This document shows positions 51,978-60,573 of a stretch of DNA of 64,000 nucleotides, piece after piece; position 1 is the stretch's first letter; every line of letters begins with the position of its first letter. The notes beneath the pieces are model-generated. The model saw nothing but the letters and a program-made list of their open reading frames with translations. It did no database searches and was not told where the DNA came from. Origin of the DNA: Terriglobia bacterium (GTDB lineage: Bacteria; Acidobacteriota; Terriglobia; Bryobacterales; UBA6623). The position numbers and the translations under genes are program-made. The DNA is taken from positions 31,875 through 95,874 of the forward strand of contig VXMF01000037.1 of assembly GCA_009841225.1 (NCBI GenBank), given 5' to 3'.

Positions 51978-52391
51978 CTACCCGTGGTAGAGCATCAAAT
52001 AGATTGCCACGCCGGTCAGCGACACGTACATCCAGAGCGGCCATGTCCACCGGGCGATGGCGCGGTGGCGGCCATAGTCGCCGCGCCATGCGCGCAGCAG
52101 CGTGGTCGCGGCCAGCGGCAGGATCACGATCGCCAGCACGATGTGGCTGATCAAGATGGAGAAATAGACGGGCCGGACCCAGCCCTGGCCCGTGAACGGC
52201 ACCGAGCCCACCTGCCAGTGGTAGACCAGATAACTGGCGAGGAACGCCACCGAGGCCCCACAGGCGCAGAGCATGCAAGCCCTGTGCCGCTGCACATCCC
52301 CGCGACGGATGAACACGTATCCGAGCGTCAGCAAGATCGCCGCGACTGAGTTCAGGCTGGCGTTGAGCGCGGGCAGGTCGGTGAAATCCAT
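51978..52391 (-). CDS. DUF420 membrane protein
   Basis: LP.LNA.LN, HRACM, FL.SYL.YH, L.SH..LA, H..IARWT.PLW.YVS.TG. Confidence 0.9.
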   Translation of the reverse strand: MDFTDLPALNASLNSVAAILLTLGYVFIRRGDVQRHRACMLCACGASVAFLASYLVYHWQVGSVPFTGQGWVRPVYFSILISHIVLAIVILPLAATTLLRAWRGDYGRHRAIARWTWPLWMYVSLTGVAIYLMLYHG

Positions 52392-52419
52392 TCGGTCGGT
52401 TGGCGCCGCGTGCCGAGAA

Positions 52420-53256
52420 TCAGGACAGGTGCGCCGCCTCAGACCGCGCCGCCTTGCGCCACGCGGCGAGCAGCATAACAGCGCCGAAGCCCGCGAGCAC
52501 CAGCCACGACAACTCAGCGGCCGGCACCGTGCCGGCTCCGGGCGCGTCCAGGAGCCTGCGCAATTCGGCTACGCCGTAGGCCAAGGGGTTGACCGTGGTA
52601 AGCCAGCGCAGCCAGGCCGACGAGCCGTCCAAGGGAAAGACCCCGCCGGAGACGAGCCACATGGGCATCAGCACGAGGTTCATGATCGAGTGGAAGCCCT
52701 GCACCGAGTTCAGCCACCAAGCACAGAAGAACCCCAAGCAGGTCACCCCGAATGCCATCAGCAACAGCACCGCGAATACCAGCGGCAGCTTGGCGAGATC
52801 GAGCGAAAGGCCCGCCAACGGCGCCAATGGCAGCAGGAGAGCCCCTTGAATGGCCCCCAATGTGGTGGCCCCGCACACTTTTCCCAACACCAGCGCGAGG
52901 CGCGACACGGGAGCTACCAGCACGCCTAGCAGGAATCCCTCGCGGCGATCCTCGATCAGCGAGATATTGGCAAAGATCGACGTGAACAGGACGCTCAGCG
53001 CCAGCATCCCGGGAAAGAAGAACTGTGCGTATCCGCCCTCGGAGGCCAGCAGCGAAGAGCCGAAGCCGGACCCTAGCACGAGCCAGAACAGCAGCGGCGT
53101 GGACAGCGTGCCGACGACTCGGCTGCGCTGGCGGTAGAAGCCGCGCAGTTCGCGCCGCCACAGCGTCGCCGCGCACAGCCAGAAGCTGGCGCTGCTAGCA
53201 GGTTGGTCGCCCGCCACAGGCAGCGCGACAACTGCCCCTTCGGGCGCATCGGACAT
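52420..53256 (-). CDS. ABC-2 type permease
   Basis: FFPGM, DRREGFL...LVAP.SR..LVLGK, SG..FP, NPL.Y. Confidence 0.88.
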   Translation of the reverse strand: MSDAPEGAVVALPVAGDQPASSASFWLCAATLWRRELRGFYRQRSRVVGTLSTPLLFWLVLGSGFGSSLLASEGGYAQFFFPGMLALSVLFTSIFANISLIEDRREGFLLGVLVAPVSRLALVLGKVCGATTLGAIQGALLLPLAPLAGLSLDLAKLPLVFAVLLLMAFGVTCLGFFCAWWLNSVQGFHSIMNLVLMPMWLVSGGVFPLDGSSAWLRWLTTVNPLAYGVAELRRLLDAPGAGTVPAAELSWLVLAGFGAVMLLAAWRKAARSEAAHLS

Positions 53257-53326
53257 CGGGTGGGTCAGCGGCGGGATAGTGAGACAAGCAACCGCACGTT
53301 TATTTTAGCGCGCGGCGCCGCCGCAC

Positions 53327-53920
53327 TCACAGCTCGAGCAGGTAGCCCGGCTTGCCGACATTCGCCGCCAGCGTCGCGCCCAGCCGCACGGTCCGGCCAG
53401 AACCCTCGTGGATGTGCCCGCAGAAGCAGTACTCCGGCTGGTGCTCGTCGATGTAGTCGCGGACAGCCTTGGAGCCGAAGTGCAGGCCCGGACCGGCCTC
53501 GTCCAGAGGCGTGTTCAACGGCGGGGCATGGCAAACCAAGACCTGGGGGAACCGGCCGGCGAAACATGACAGCTTGGCGGCCAGATCCTCCTCCGAGTAT
53601 TCTCCGGGCGTGTCGAAGGGCGTGGGGTTGGAATAGCCCAAGCCGGCGAAGTGCACGCCGGCCACCTCGCGGACATCCTCGTGAAAGCTGCGAAAGCCGT
53701 GGCGCTCGCAGAACTCGCGCACCTGCTCGGCTGTCTCGTTATTGCCCGGCATGACCCAAAGGCGCTCGCCCAAGGGCGCGAGAACCTCCGCGCACGGGTC
53801 GAGCGGGGCAGGGTGGGTCACCAGGTCTCCGGCAGCGATGAAAACGTCGGCTTCGACTGCGACGGCCTGCCGCAGGCTGGCGAAGTCGCCGTGGATGTCG
53901 GAAAAGATCTGGAATCTCAT
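53327..53920 (-). CDS. Metallophosphoesterase (calcineurin-like, Icc-related)
   Basis: SDIHG, GDL, GNNE, H.PP, CGHIHE. Confidence 0.88.
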   Translation of the reverse strand: MRFQIFSDIHGDFASLRQAVAVEADVFIAAGDLVTHPAPLDPCAEVLAPLGERLWVMPGNNETAEQVREFCERHGFRSFHEDVREVAGVHFAGLGYSNPTPFDTPGEYSEEDLAAKLSCFAGRFPQVLVCHAPPLNTPLDEAGPGLHFGSKAVRDYIDEHQPEYCFCGHIHEGSGRTVRLGATLAANVGKPGYLLEL

Positions 53921-53932
53921 CAGGAACCTGGG

Positions 53933-54157
53933 TCAGCCCCTAGGGTGACGCCGCGTGGCACCCAGCCTCTCGGAAGCCCTCTCGATCACCTTGCCCTCAG
54001 CCTGCTCCCTTCCCGCCGCCCTGGCCCGGGCGATGTTGGCGCCTGGAGAGACGTTGTCCGCCTTGGCGTGCCAAGTCTCGCCTATGCGGTAGGACGTGAT
54101 GCGCACCGGCCAGCCTGCCAGTTCGAGCTCGGTGACGCTGAAGCTCTCGGCCTTCAT
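53933..54157 (-). CDS. Small hypothetical protein coupled to the sulfurtransferase
   Basis: ATG overlaps the sulfurtransferase TGA (ATGA); 74 aa MKAESFSV...; GC3-biased. Confidence 0.7.
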   Translation of the reverse strand: MKAESFSVTELELAGWPVRITSYRIGETWHAKADNVSPGANIARARAAGREQAEGKVIERASERLGATRRHPRG

Positions 54158-54999
54158 GCGCCGCGCTCGACGGGTGCGCCGACGAGGTTGCCCCACTCGG
54201 TCCACGACCCGTCATAGTTGCTCACGCCTTCGTAGCCCAGCAGGTACTTGAGCACGAACCAAGAATGGCTGGAACGCTCGCCGATGCGGCAGTACGCGAC
54301 GATCGGCTTGTCGCCGACGATGCCCTCGGCGGCGTAGAGTTCGCGCAAGGCGCCGGCACTCTTGAACGTGCCGTCCTGGGCGCAGGCCTTGCCCCACGGA
54401 ATGTTCCGCGCGCCCGGAACGTGCCCGCCGCGCTGGCACGTCTCGGGCAGGCCGGGAGGGGCGAGGATCTCGCCGCTGAACTCGGCTGGGCTCCGCACGT
54501 CGACGAGGTCGGCCGCGCTGGAGCCCGACGCCTCTCTGACCTGGCCCAGGAACGCCCGGATCGAAAGGTCCGGTTCAGAGGCGGAATAGTCCGTTGGCGC
54601 GAACTCCGGCGACTCCAATGAGAGTTCGCGCCCCTCGGCCAGCCACTTCACGCGTCCGCCGTTCATCAGCCTGACATCCGGGTGGCCGTAGATCTTCAGC
54701 TGCCAGAACGCCCAAGCGGCGAACCAGTTGTTGTTGTCGCCGTAGAGCACGACGGTCGTATCCCTGCCGATACCACTGTCGCCCAGCAATCTCTCGAAGC
54801 GGTCCTTGGGCAGGATGTCGCGCACGACCGTGTCACACAGCTGGCTGTCCCACGCCCAGCCGATCGCACCTGGCACGTGACCCTCGTCATAGGAGCCCGT
54901 GTCCACATCGACCTCCACGACTCGGACGCCGCCGCTGCGGCTGTGTTGGTCGACCCAATCGGTCGTAACCAGTACTTCTGGATGCGCGTAGCCTGACAT
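54154..54999 (-). CDS. Two-domain thiosulfate sulfurtransferase (CysA/SseA-like rhodanese)
   Basis: YAHPEVLVTTDW, GHVPGA, DVRSP.EF.G, active site YCRIGERS, NYDGSWTEWG; -10 TATAAT at 55060-55065 (minus). Confidence 0.93.
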   Translation of the reverse strand: MSGYAHPEVLVTTDWVDQHSRSGGVRVVEVDVDTGSYDEGHVPGAIGWAWDSQLCDTVVRDILPKDRFERLLGDSGIGRDTTVVLYGDNNNWFAAWAFWQLKIYGHPDVRLMNGGRVKWLAEGRELSLESPEFAPTDYSASEPDLSIRAFLGQVREASGSSAADLVDVRSPAEFSGEILAPPGLPETCQRGGHVPGARNIPWGKACAQDGTFKSAGALRELYAAEGIVGDKPIVAYCRIGERSSHSWFVLKYLLGYEGVSNYDGSWTEWGNLVGAPVERGA

Positions 55000-55337
55000 G
55001 ATTTGCTCCTCTGCTCTGCCGCTAGGCTTTCGTTTCAGGGCCGCCGGATTGACCAAACGATTATAGGTCAGGCGCGGCCGCGGAGACCGGCCCACGGCGG
55101 CGAGGCCGCTGATCCGGCCGGCCCGCGAGAGGGCGCCAGTTCCGCCTTCGCTGCGGAACGTGAAAAGCGCCCCAAGCGCCTCCGCGCGCCCGCGTCTGGG
55201 CACCAAGACATCGCACTCGCTGTTTACAACCATTTGACGAACGGCAAGTGACCCCTCTACAGCGCCTTGCGCCTATAAGAACAAGGCCGCCTGGCGGCGT
55301 CGCACCGCGCCGCTGCGACCCAAAGCACCTATCCACG

Positions 55338-56132
55338 ATGTCCTCCAGCAGCGCAAGTGCTTTCGCAGACCAAGTTCACGACCACCTTGCCGATTTCGCG
55401 ACGGTGCCGCTGGAAGCGCTCGGACCGCAGGCCTCGCAAGACCGCTGCGACACGAAGTTCTTGCTGCCACAAGGCCAGCTGCTGGCGCTGCTCGGCGCCC
55501 TGCGGCGCGACTACCGAGTCCTGGAAGTCGGCGAGATGCGCATCCATCGCTACCGCACGCTCTACTTCGACACCGCGGGATTCGACCTGTACCGAAGACA
55601 CCAACGCTCCTCGCGCGGCGCCCTCAAGGTCCGCAGCCGCCAGTATGTCGACTCGCGGCGCTCGTTCTTCGAACTCAAGCGCAAGATCGGGCCGCGCCGC
55701 ACGGTCAAGGAGCGGACCGAGACCCCGGACATCGTCACGGAGCTGACCGAGGCCGAAGGCGCCTTCATCGCAGCCCATGCGCACATTGACACCGAGTGTC
55801 TCCAGCCAACGATATGGAATCGATTCGAGCGGATCACGCTCGTGAGCAAGACGAGTCCAGAGCGAGTTACGCTCGACGTTGGCGTGCACTTCAAGATCCA
55901 GACTGGCGCGATTCGGATTCCGGGCGTTGTGGTCGGGGAACTGAAGCAGCAGCGTCTCGACCGAACATCCACATTCTTCGGCCACATGCGCTCGCTCGGA
56001 TCCCGGCCCACCGGATTCAGCAAGTACTGCGTCGGGGCGGTTCTGCTCTACCCGCAGTTGAAGCGCAGCCAAGCGCGACCCAAGCTCCGCATGCTAGCCA
56101 AGCTGGCCCGGGGAGACCGCCATGCAGCCTGA
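55338..56132 (+). CDS. VTC-domain polyphosphate polymerase (CYTH/TTM fold)
   Basis: R.DTKF, TLYFDT, KVRSRQY, FFELKRK, R.TL, ERVTLD, ELKQ, FSKYC. Confidence 0.88.
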   Translation: MSSSSASAFADQVHDHLADFATVPLEALGPQASQDRCDTKFLLPQGQLLALLGALRRDYRVLEVGEMRIHRYRTLYFDTAGFDLYRRHQRSSRGALKVRSRQYVDSRRSFFELKRKIGPRRTVKERTETPDIVTELTEAEGAFIAAHAHIDTECLQPTIWNRFERITLVSKTSPERVTLDVGVHFKIQTGAIRIPGVVVGELKQQRLDRTSTFFGHMRSLGSRPTGFSKYCVGAVLLYPQLKRSQARPKLRMLAKLARGDRHAA

Positions 56133-56742
56133 TTTGCTCGCCCACCTCGCCGGAGCCGGATTCAACCTTGCGGTGGCGCTGCTGATCGTCCGGCTGATCT
56201 ACTACCCCACTACGCAGGACAAGCAGTACGTGCTGACGTTCGTGACGTTCAGCACAGTGACCTATTTCGTGCTGGGCCTGCTGACCAGCGTTGACTTGAG
56301 CATCGGCGTGGGTTTCGGCCTGTTCGCGATCTTTTCCGTGCTGCGCTACCGCACGGACACGATCTCGGCGCGCGAGATGACCTACCTGTTCGTGCTGATC
56401 GCGCTGGCGGTGATGAATTCGGTGCTGGCGACGCAATCCGACTACGCCCGCATGCTGGCATCCAACGCAGTGGTGGTCTTGGTGATGTTCGTGCTGGAAC
56501 GCGAATGGGGCTTTCACTTCGAGGCGAGCAAGCAGATCCACTACGACAAGGTCGAACTGGTAGTGCCGTCGCGCAAGGAAGAGCTGCTCGCCGACCTGCG
56601 CGCACGGACCGGGCTGCCGGTTCGGCATGTTGCCGTGGGACGCATCGACATGGTTCGCGACACGGCGGAGCTCACGCTCTTCTTCGACGATCGGGAACAG
56701 CAAGCAGCGGCTCGTGCCAACGGGACGAAGGAAACATCATGA
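56122..56742 (+). CDS. DUF4956 membrane protein
   Basis: GVGFGLFAIFSVLRYRT, EMTYLF, Y...EL......L..DL..RTGL; overlaps the VTC stop. Confidence 0.9.
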   Translation: MQPDLLAHLAGAGFNLAVALLIVRLIYYPTTQDKQYVLTFVTFSTVTYFVLGLLTSVDLSIGVGFGLFAIFSVLRYRTDTISAREMTYLFVLIALAVMNSVLATQSDYARMLASNAVVVLVMFVLEREWGFHFEASKQIHYDKVELVVPSRKEELLADLRARTGLPVRHVAVGRIDMVRDTAELTLFFDDREQQAAARANGTKETS

Positions 56743-59552
56743 ATTCCCTATGCAAGGCAATCAGCTTGGCCGTCTTCGCAGCAACCTTAGCAGTGCTGCT
56801 CGCGCAGGGTCCGCCCGGCATCTCGAGGGTGCTGCCGGTTATGGCCGCACTCGATGCGGACGCGGACAACACGTTGTCTGAGGAAGAAATCGGCGCCGCT
56901 CCGGACGCGCTGCTCACTCTGGACACCGATGGCAGCGGCAGCCTCACTCGAGACGAGCTCATGCCGCGATTCGGCGGCAATGCTGGCGGAGGCCGCGGCA
57001 CTGGGCGCGAGGCTCGGCCCGGGGATCCGGGCACGGGCCCAAGACCGGGCAGGGGCGGCCCTGTGGGCGTTCCGGGCATCCCACTGATAGCAGCCCTCGA
57101 TCCGGACCGTGACGGGGAAATCAGGCCGGAAGAGATCCGACGGGCGACAGCGTCGCTGGCGACCCTGGATGCCGATGGTAGCGGCACCTTGACCGGTGAC
57201 GAACTACTGCCTCGATTCGGCGGGCGCGGCGGCCCGGGCAGGGGCCAGGGCCGGCCTCCGATTGCGCTGCCCGTCGTGGATGTGCTCGACGCCAATGCTG
57301 ATCGTGAGATCTCGGCTGCGGAGCTAGCGGCAGCCAGTTCGGCCCTGCGTTCACTGGACTCAAACGCCGACGGCCAGGTTAGCGAGAGCGAAATGCTGCC
57401 CCAAGGCGGCACCTTCGGCGGACGCCAGCGCGGGGGCCCACGAGGCCCCGGCGCCATGCTGGGCACACTCCCGCTTGTCGACGCGCTCGACAGCGACGGC
57501 AGCGGAGCGCTCGAACGGGCCGAGATCGACAATGCGAGCGCAGCGCTGGCAACCCTCGACAGTGACGGGAGCGGCGCGCTCTCCGCAAGCGAATTCCTCC
57601 CAAGCCGCGGCGGCCGAGGGGGCGGCGGGCGCGGTTTCCGGGGCGGCCCGGGCGGTTTCGGAGAAGTCGCGGCGGAGCGCAAGCAGCCCCACGAGCTGAC
57701 GCCTGACGAGGGAGCGGCCACGATTCCAGACCGGGCAACGTTCGAGAAATTCTCCTACCAAGGCGAGCAGGTCATGATCGATTCCGGACTCCGCGGCCTC
57801 GAATTCGTCAAGTTCGTGATCACCGAAGCCATCTCCGACGAGCCGCAGATGTACTTCATGAACACCGAGAACTTCCGCGCCCACCCGCAATTCATGCGCT
57901 CGGTCGGCCTCGGTTTCAGCGGGCGCGGCGGCCAGTCCGGCACGATGCGCGGCGTATTGGTGTTCCGCCCGCTGCTCACCGCGCCCAACGGCGACGCCGG
58001 GCTGTACACGTTCGAGTTCGAACCGAGGGACTCGTACCCGTTCGAGATGATCCGGCTCTCCCACGACCTCCTCACCGAGCACGCTCCGATCGTTGCCGGC
58101 CGGCTGGCGTACTACCCGCTACCTGCCGCTGTCGCTCGCTACGAGCAAGAGCGCGGGCAATATGAAGCCGCCGGCCTAGCGGTCTTCCGGGAGGAGGATC
58201 TGTTCGGGGACATCGCCTATCTCCCGCTCAACGCAGCCGAGGGCTTCGGCTACTTGCGGCTGATGTCGCCCGAGGACCGCCCGCGGGTGCGAGACGTGGT
58301 GCTCTACGAGAGCCTCCCCAACGAGATGCCGCGCGTGGCCGGGATCATCACAAGCGTCCGGCAGACGCCGCTCTCTCACGTGAATCTGCGGGCCGTACAG
58401 GATGGCGTGCCGAACGCGTATATCAAGGGGGCATCTGAAAACCCGGAGATCGTTGGCTTGATCGGCAAGTACGTCCGCTACAGCGTCACTCCCGATGGCT
58501 ACCAACTCCGCGAGGCAACCGTTCAGGAAGTTGAGGGCCACTTCGCCAAGCTGCGCCCGAGCCAAGCGCTCGTTCCAGAGCGCGACCTCGGCGTCAAGGA
58601 GATCCGCCCGCTGAGCGAGCTCGGCTTTGACGACGCTGCCAGCGTGGGCGTGAAGGCGGCCAATGTCGCCACCCTGGGCAGCCTGGGCTTCCCGGCAGGC
58701 GTAGTGCCGGAAGGATTCGCGATACCGTTCTCCTTCTACGACGGCTTCATGCGCCACAACGGTCTATACGAGCAGGCTGCGGCGATGTTCGCCGCGCCCG
58801 GCTTCGCAACCGACACCGGCGTTCGCGAAGAGGCGCTGCGGCAGTTCCGCAAGGCGGTCCGCGCCGGGGAAACGCCCGGCTGGATGCTGGCCGAGCTGCA
58901 GTCCATGCACGCGTGGTTCCCGGAGGGCCGCGCGATCCGCCTGCGCTCCAGCACCAACAACGAGGACCTGCCAGGCTTCAGCGGCGCCGGTTTGTACGAC
59001 TCGTTCACGCATCACCCGGAGGAGGGCCACGTTTCCAAGTCCGTCAAGCAGGTCTACGCCAGCCTCTGGAATTTCCGCGCCTATGAAGAACGCGCATTCT
59101 TCCGCATCGATCACATGGCGGCCGCGATGGGCGTATTGGTCCACCCGAACTATGCGGGCGAGCGCGCCAACGGAGTCGCGGTCACCGAGGACATCGTGTA
59201 CCAGACCGGCGGGGACGGCCGGCCGCGAATGTACTATGTCAACACCCAAGTCGGCGAGGACCTGGTCACGAACCCGGAAGGCGAGTCGATCCCGGAAGAA
59301 TTGCTGCTCAGCACCCGCGGGGCCCGGGACGACCGATTCATTCGCAGTTCCAACCGAACCGCTGACGGGGGCGTGATCCTCAACGACGAGCACCGCAACG
59401 AGCTGCGCGCCTACCTGCGCACTGTGCAGGGCAGGTTCCGCGATCTGTACGAAGTGTCCGCCAATGAGCGGTTCGCCATGGAGATCGAGTTCAAGATCAC
59501 TTCCGACGGGCGGCTGGCTGTCAAGCAAGCGCGTCCGTGGGTCTTTCACTGA
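56739..59552 (+). CDS. Exported EF-hand-repeat / phospho-His swivel / PPDK-type ATP-grasp (dikinase-like) protein, 937 aa
   Basis: ATGA overlap with DUF4956; signal peptide; 8 DxDxDG/DxDxS loops; AGIITSVRQTPLSHVNLRA; VGVKAAN, VPEGFAIP, RSSTNNED, SGAGLYDS, ASLWN, EIEF...KQARP. Confidence 0.8.
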   Translation: MNSLCKAISLAVFAATLAVLLAQGPPGISRVLPVMAALDADADNTLSEEEIGAAPDALLTLDTDGSGSLTRDELMPRFGGNAGGGRGTGREARPGDPGTGPRPGRGGPVGVPGIPLIAALDPDRDGEIRPEEIRRATASLATLDADGSGTLTGDELLPRFGGRGGPGRGQGRPPIALPVVDVLDANADREISAAELAAASSALRSLDSNADGQVSESEMLPQGGTFGGRQRGGPRGPGAMLGTLPLVDALDSDGSGALERAEIDNASAALATLDSDGSGALSASEFLPSRGGRGGGGRGFRGGPGGFGEVAAERKQPHELTPDEGAATIPDRATFEKFSYQGEQVMIDSGLRGLEFVKFVITEAISDEPQMYFMNTENFRAHPQFMRSVGLGFSGRGGQSGTMRGVLVFRPLLTAPNGDAGLYTFEFEPRDSYPFEMIRLSHDLLTEHAPIVAGRLAYYPLPAAVARYEQERGQYEAAGLAVFREEDLFGDIAYLPLNAAEGFGYLRLMSPEDRPRVRDVVLYESLPNEMPRVAGIITSVRQTPLSHVNLRAVQDGVPNAYIKGASENPEIVGLIGKYVRYSVTPDGYQLREATVQEVEGHFAKLRPSQALVPERDLGVKEIRPLSELGFDDAASVGVKAANVATLGSLGFPAGVVPEGFAIPFSFYDGFMRHNGLYEQAAAMFAAPGFATDTGVREEALRQFRKAVRAGETPGWMLAELQSMHAWFPEGRAIRLRSSTNNEDLPGFSGAGLYDSFTHHPEEGHVSKSVKQVYASLWNFRAYEERAFFRIDHMAAAMGVLVHPNYAGERANGVAVTEDIVYQTGGDGRPRMYYVNTQVGEDLVTNPEGESIPEELLLSTRGARDDRFIRSSNRTADGGVILNDEHRNELRAYLRTVQGRFRDLYEVSANERFAMEIEFKITSDGRLAVKQARPWVFH
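56841..57660 (+). repeat. Four tandem EF-hand-pair modules with Gly/Arg/Pro-rich linkers
   Basis: Module P(V/L)..ALD.D.D..I...EI..A...L..LD.DG.G.L...ELLP repeated 4 times. Confidence 0.85.
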
Positions 59553-59573
59553 CGCCTGTGCGCAGGCGAGAGC

Positions 59574-60209
59574 CTACTCCGCCAGGCAAGCATCGATGTC
59601 GGCGGCGGCGATGCCACCCTGCTTGATCAGGCGCCACTGCAACGCCGTGATATCGATGGTGGTCGACGCCGGTCCCTCGATGATCCCGCCATCGACGATC
59701 AAGCTGATGCGACCGTCCATGGTTCCGAGCACCTCAAAGCCGCCGCGACACGTGGGCTTGCCTGACACGTTTGCGCTAGTGGCGATCAGAGGCGTGCCGA
59801 ATTCAGCCACTAGCCGCTTCGCCAGCGCAGATGCCGGGCGGCGAAGGGCCAGCCGGCCCGTGTTGCCGGTGACGCGCAGCGGCACCTTGGAAGACGCTGG
59901 CACGATCACAGTCAGCAGCCCCGGCCAGAAGCGCCGCGCCAGCAGGTAGAAGCTCGACGGCAATTCGCCGGCGTACTCCACGGCCATCGCGACCGAGTCG
60001 ACAAGCAGCGGTAGCGAGCGATGGGCCTCGCGTCCCTTCGCCTCAAATACCTTCGCCACGGCGTTGAGATTCAGCGGATCGGCCACCAGCACGTACAGCG
60101 CGTCGCTCGGAATCGCGATCACTTCCCCGTAGCGGACCGCACTGACCGCCGCTTCCACCACGGCATCGTCCGGATCCTCGGCCGAGGTTTCAATCAAGTG
60201 GGTAGTCAA
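59574..60209 (-). CDS. tsaC: L-threonylcarbamoyladenylate synthase (TsaC/Sua5/YrdC family)
   Basis: P.D.LY, K.R, FWPG.LT, TSANVSG, STTID. Confidence 0.85.
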   Translation of the reverse strand: MTTHLIETSAEDPDDAVVEAAVSAVRYGEVIAIPSDALYVLVADPLNLNAVAKVFEAKGREAHRSLPLLVDSVAMAVEYAGELPSSFYLLARRFWPGLLTVIVPASSKVPLRVTGNTGRLALRRPASALAKRLVAEFGTPLIATSANVSGKPTCRGGFEVLGTMDGRISLIVDGGIIEGPASTTIDITALQWRLIKQGGIAAADIDACLAE

Positions 60210-60573
60210 TCGAAAGTCTCACCCCGTCTGCGAGCGCGGCCGCGAACAGAGCCCGACCGCTTCGGGGTCTGTGGCAACGCCGTACCCTCCACGACACCGA
60301 CGCCACTTTCTGATTTAAGCAAACAGTGGATCGATTTGGTGATGAATTGCGTATTGGTAGCTGGGTTGGGGACACTCGTCGCGGCGATCAGGGACTTGTA
60401 AGAGTGAGGTTGGCGAGAATACTGTCAGCGTTCATTCACAAACCCATCTCGTTCACCTACGATGAGTACCTAATCGCGTACGGGGTTGGATTCCGCTCAC
60501 CGCGATGGACTATGGGGTTCGTCCGATGTAACTGTCGTGATGCGATCCCGGCAACAGCAAAGGGGGACTCAAA

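Noticed and set aside
56505-56738. ORF-track N-terminal extensions (also 3773 for jag, 38781 for iolE, 55233 for the sulfurtransferase, 43852 for iolD)
   Set aside because: They overlap neighbouring genes or promoters; downstream ATGs match the family N-termini, signal peptides or coupling overlaps.
56739-59552. Annotation as PEP synthase / pyruvate phosphate dikinase
   Set aside because: No pyruvate-binding barrel, permuted domain order and an export signal.
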